A DNA stretch of 63,990 nt, the filler included, from an uncultured bacterium (GTDB taxonomy: Bacteria > CAYJOG01): assembly GCA_964371695.1 (NCBI GenBank). It is 5 parts of 5 records of this genome, joined end to end, with 100 filler letters (N's around TTAATTAATTAA, not from the genome) between each part and the next. Parts side by side here need not be neighbours in the genome. Positions count along the whole stretch, not along the records: positions 58,361 to 63,990 come from CAYJOG010000207.1; 4 more parts are not named here. The stretch is one strand, 5' to 3'. A program made the translations under genes and the position numbers. The first letter of the stretch is position 1. Each line of letters opens with the position of its first letter. Shown piece after piece: positions 61,301-63,990 of the stretch. Below the pieces are notes generated by a model, which had not been told where the DNA came from, made no database searches, and saw nothing but the letters and a program-made list of their open reading frames with translations.

Positions 61301-63990
61301 CGGCCCCACCGTGCCCACCAGGGCAAAGGGGCCGCCCGCACTGAGAGAGCGATAGATATCCGTGCCGCCAATGTCCACAAACGGGTTGCCATCCAGATAG
61401 GTGGTGCTGGGGGTCCAGTTCAGGCGATTCTGCCCCGGTTCATCGGCGGCGGTGAAGGACTGCGGCGGCGTAATGCCGGCCCCCAGTGCGTAAATGAACC
61501 TGTCCGCGCTGGTGAGATACAGAATGCCCTGAGACGGCGCCACGCTGCTCCAGATGCGCGCCCCGGTCTCGAAGGTGGAAAGAATCTGGCCGTCGGCCAA
61601 GTTCAGCGCATAAAGCTGCCGGTCGTCGGTGCCCACATACACCACGTTGCCCACCACAATGGGACTGCTCAAAATGGCGCTGCCCAGTTGCCGCGACCAC
61701 ACCACCGCGCCGGTGTTTTCGTCCAGCGCATAAAAATTGAAATCAATGTCCCCCGCCAGCACCAGCCCCCCCGCAATGGTGGGGCTCACCGTGACCCAGT
61801 TGCTGGTGTTAAACGACCACGCCAGTGAGCCATCGGCCTGATTGACGGCGATGACCTCGCCATAGGGTGCGGGCGCGCCCTGGTCGCTGGACACACCCAT
61901 GTAAATCCGGGTGCCGGAAATAGCCGGGCTGCTGATGTTGTTCCCCCCCGTGTTGTAACCATTGCTGGCGGGAAACGCACCCAGGTTCCAGACAGAAACA
62001 CCCGTGGCGGCATCGAGGTAATACAGGTAGTTGTTGGTGGAACCGATGGCCAGCAGCCCCCCCAGCAAGGCGGGTGATCCGGGAACCTGACCACCCGTGG
62101 CCAGTTCCCACGCCTGGGAGCCATCCGCCAGATTCACGGCATAAACGCTGGCGTCCAGACTGCCGAAATAGACCCGCACGTTGTCGCACACGGGGCTGGA
62201 GGCGTTCTCTGGCGGATTGCCGGGATTGGTGACGTGGGTGTCGAACTCCCACACCGTGGTGCCGTCGCCCCGGTTCAGCGCCACCACCTTGCGGGGAATG
62301 GGCATGATCAAAAGCGCGCCACACAAAGTCGGTGTGGCCCCCAGCACGCCGCCAAAAGAGCGCCGCCAGATTTCCGTACCACTGATTTTGTCCAGGGCCA
62401 CCACGTCTCCGGTTTCGGTGGCGGTATAAACCACCGAACTCTCCACAATCGGGCTGGCCGTGATGGGGCCGCCCAGGTCCACTTTCCACCGGGCAATGAG
62501 CGAGGGGCCGATGGTTTCGGTGCTCACACCCACGTGAGAGCCACTGCCCTTGAACACCGGCCAGTCGCCGGGGGCCTGCAACGTGAGCGGCACGGCCAGG
62601 GCGCTGGAGACGGCCACAAAAGCCGTCGTGTTCAGGTTGCCTGTTTTGGCGCGCACCGTGCCGCCGGGGGCCTTGAGCGCCCGGATGTGTCCATCTGCAG
62701 AAACAGAGAGCTTCGCGCCGGTGTCCGCCTCAAACCGTGCGGCCACGGGCAGGCGATAACCTTCTGCCGTGTCGGCCAGCACGGTGGCCCAGGTGTCGCC
62801 CCCGGTGGCCAGGGGGCTTTCGGCCACCAGCGTCAGACGGGTGGGCGTGACGGAGCTGACTTCAATATGCACCGTAGTCTGAACAACCCCGGCCTGCACG
62901 GTCACCTGCACTGGGCCAATGGCGGTGGGCAGTGTCAGCCGGGCGCTGCCGTTTTCCAGCGGCAACACCCTGCCCTTGTCGGTTTTCCAGCTCACCGGGC
63001 CGGAAACCGGCGTGATGAGTTGAAGCCCCACATTGGCCCCCGGCCCCGCCCGTGGAGGGGCCTGCACCGAAAGAGCGGCAGCACTGCCCGTGCCCGCGTG
63101 TTGCAGGCGCAGGTGGGCGTCATAAAGATTCACCGGCAGCAGTTGATCCCGCACCGGCGCGGCCAGCAAAGCGACCAGCCCCTGCCGGGCATTTGCCTGA
63201 CCGGCCAGATGCCCCAACGCCCCGGCTGCAATGGCCACGGCATAACTGGTACCCGACGCCACCACCCCATCCAGGGGCAGATCCGCCCCCGGCGCGGATA
63301 AAAGCGGCGCACTGCCCAGCACCGAGCCGGACCAAGGGAGCCCCCCTGTCGTGCTGGCCGCCACAGCGGCGATGCCCGGCACATCGGCAGGAAAACGTCC
63401 GGCCAATGGGCCACTGTCGTTGCCCGACGGGGCCAGCACCACCGCCCCTTTTAACCGGCCCAGCCCCAGGGACAGGGCTTCGCGGGCTTCCTGCTCCACG
63501 CCCCGTGCGCCAAAACCCAGACAGATCACCTCGGCCCCCCAGCGGCTGGCGGCCTCCAGACCCGACAACACCGAAGACAACGGGCAGCGGCCATGGGCAC
63601 AGACCTTGACCGAAAGCAACTGGCAATCCGGGCAAAGCCCCCCGCCAAACTGGCTGGTGGTCTTGCCCGAAATGAGCATGGCCAGACGGGTGCCGTGGGA
63701 GTCCGCCGTGCCACTCTCATCCACCAGATTGACCTGATTCACGACCTGCCCCTGCAGGGCGGGGTGCGCGAGGTCGGCGCCAGCATCCAGCAAAGCCACC
63801 TTTACCGCGCGGGGAGGGTTCAGCCGCAGCATCTGTTCGGCCCGGTCATAACCGGTGAGTTGGCGGATGTTGCTCAGCGCCTGGGCCTGACGTTGGGAGT
63901 CGTCTTGCAGCGCCATCAGCACATTGGGCACACTCAGCGCCGGGCCAGGTGCGTGGGTGGCAAAGCGGCCGGTGGGGGGAGATCCCGAAA
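58361..63990 (-). CDS. giant S8 subtilase + two PQQ/BamB-like beta-propellers + FN3 repeats (partial at both ends)
   Basis: Catalytic triad LLDAG / SHGT / SGTSYA and oxyanion SGN; SSP...VY.GS.D..YAL...G...W repeats; FN3 repeats DL.GY.VY...PGGPY. Frame is open to both the window edge and the contig edge. Confidence 0.88.

Overview
A GC-rich bacterial draft or metagenome assembly. Five contigs (1-14722, 14823-29458, 29559-44067, 44168-58260, 58361-63990) are joined by artificial N-TTAATTAATTAA-N linkers, so adjacency across linkers is not biological. Housekeeping genes are trpF, hrcA, glnD, tRNA-Leu(GAG), wecB-like epimerase, ispA-like synthase, gamma-carbonic anhydrase, hisH-hisA-hisF, priA and def. 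Dispersed flagellar genes (flgM with a sigma28 promoter, fliS-like), a TamB/AsmA-like gene and glycosylation genes point to a diderm, probably flagellated organism. Several giant secreted FN3/beta-propeller proteins are present. Best candidates for novelty: (1) a tightly coupled secreted-protein operon built around a 2151-aa beta-repeat protein with a ~490-aa, 14-Cys inserted domain, followed by an FN3 protein and a TPR protein, next to an XRE-HTH regulator with a degenerate sigma54-type AAA domain; (2) a multicopy, TIR-bounded, multi-hairpin element with covarying stems, plus GTAG-REP doublets and other palindrome families; (3) a B12 radical SAM gene with an in-frame TGA at the first Cys of CxxxCxxC; (4) small genes that are easy to miss: an RHH protein, a sigma54-driven stand-alone HD-GYP N-terminal module, an orphan VapB and a TA-like pair. 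All family assignments come from motif recognition by eye; no database searches were run.
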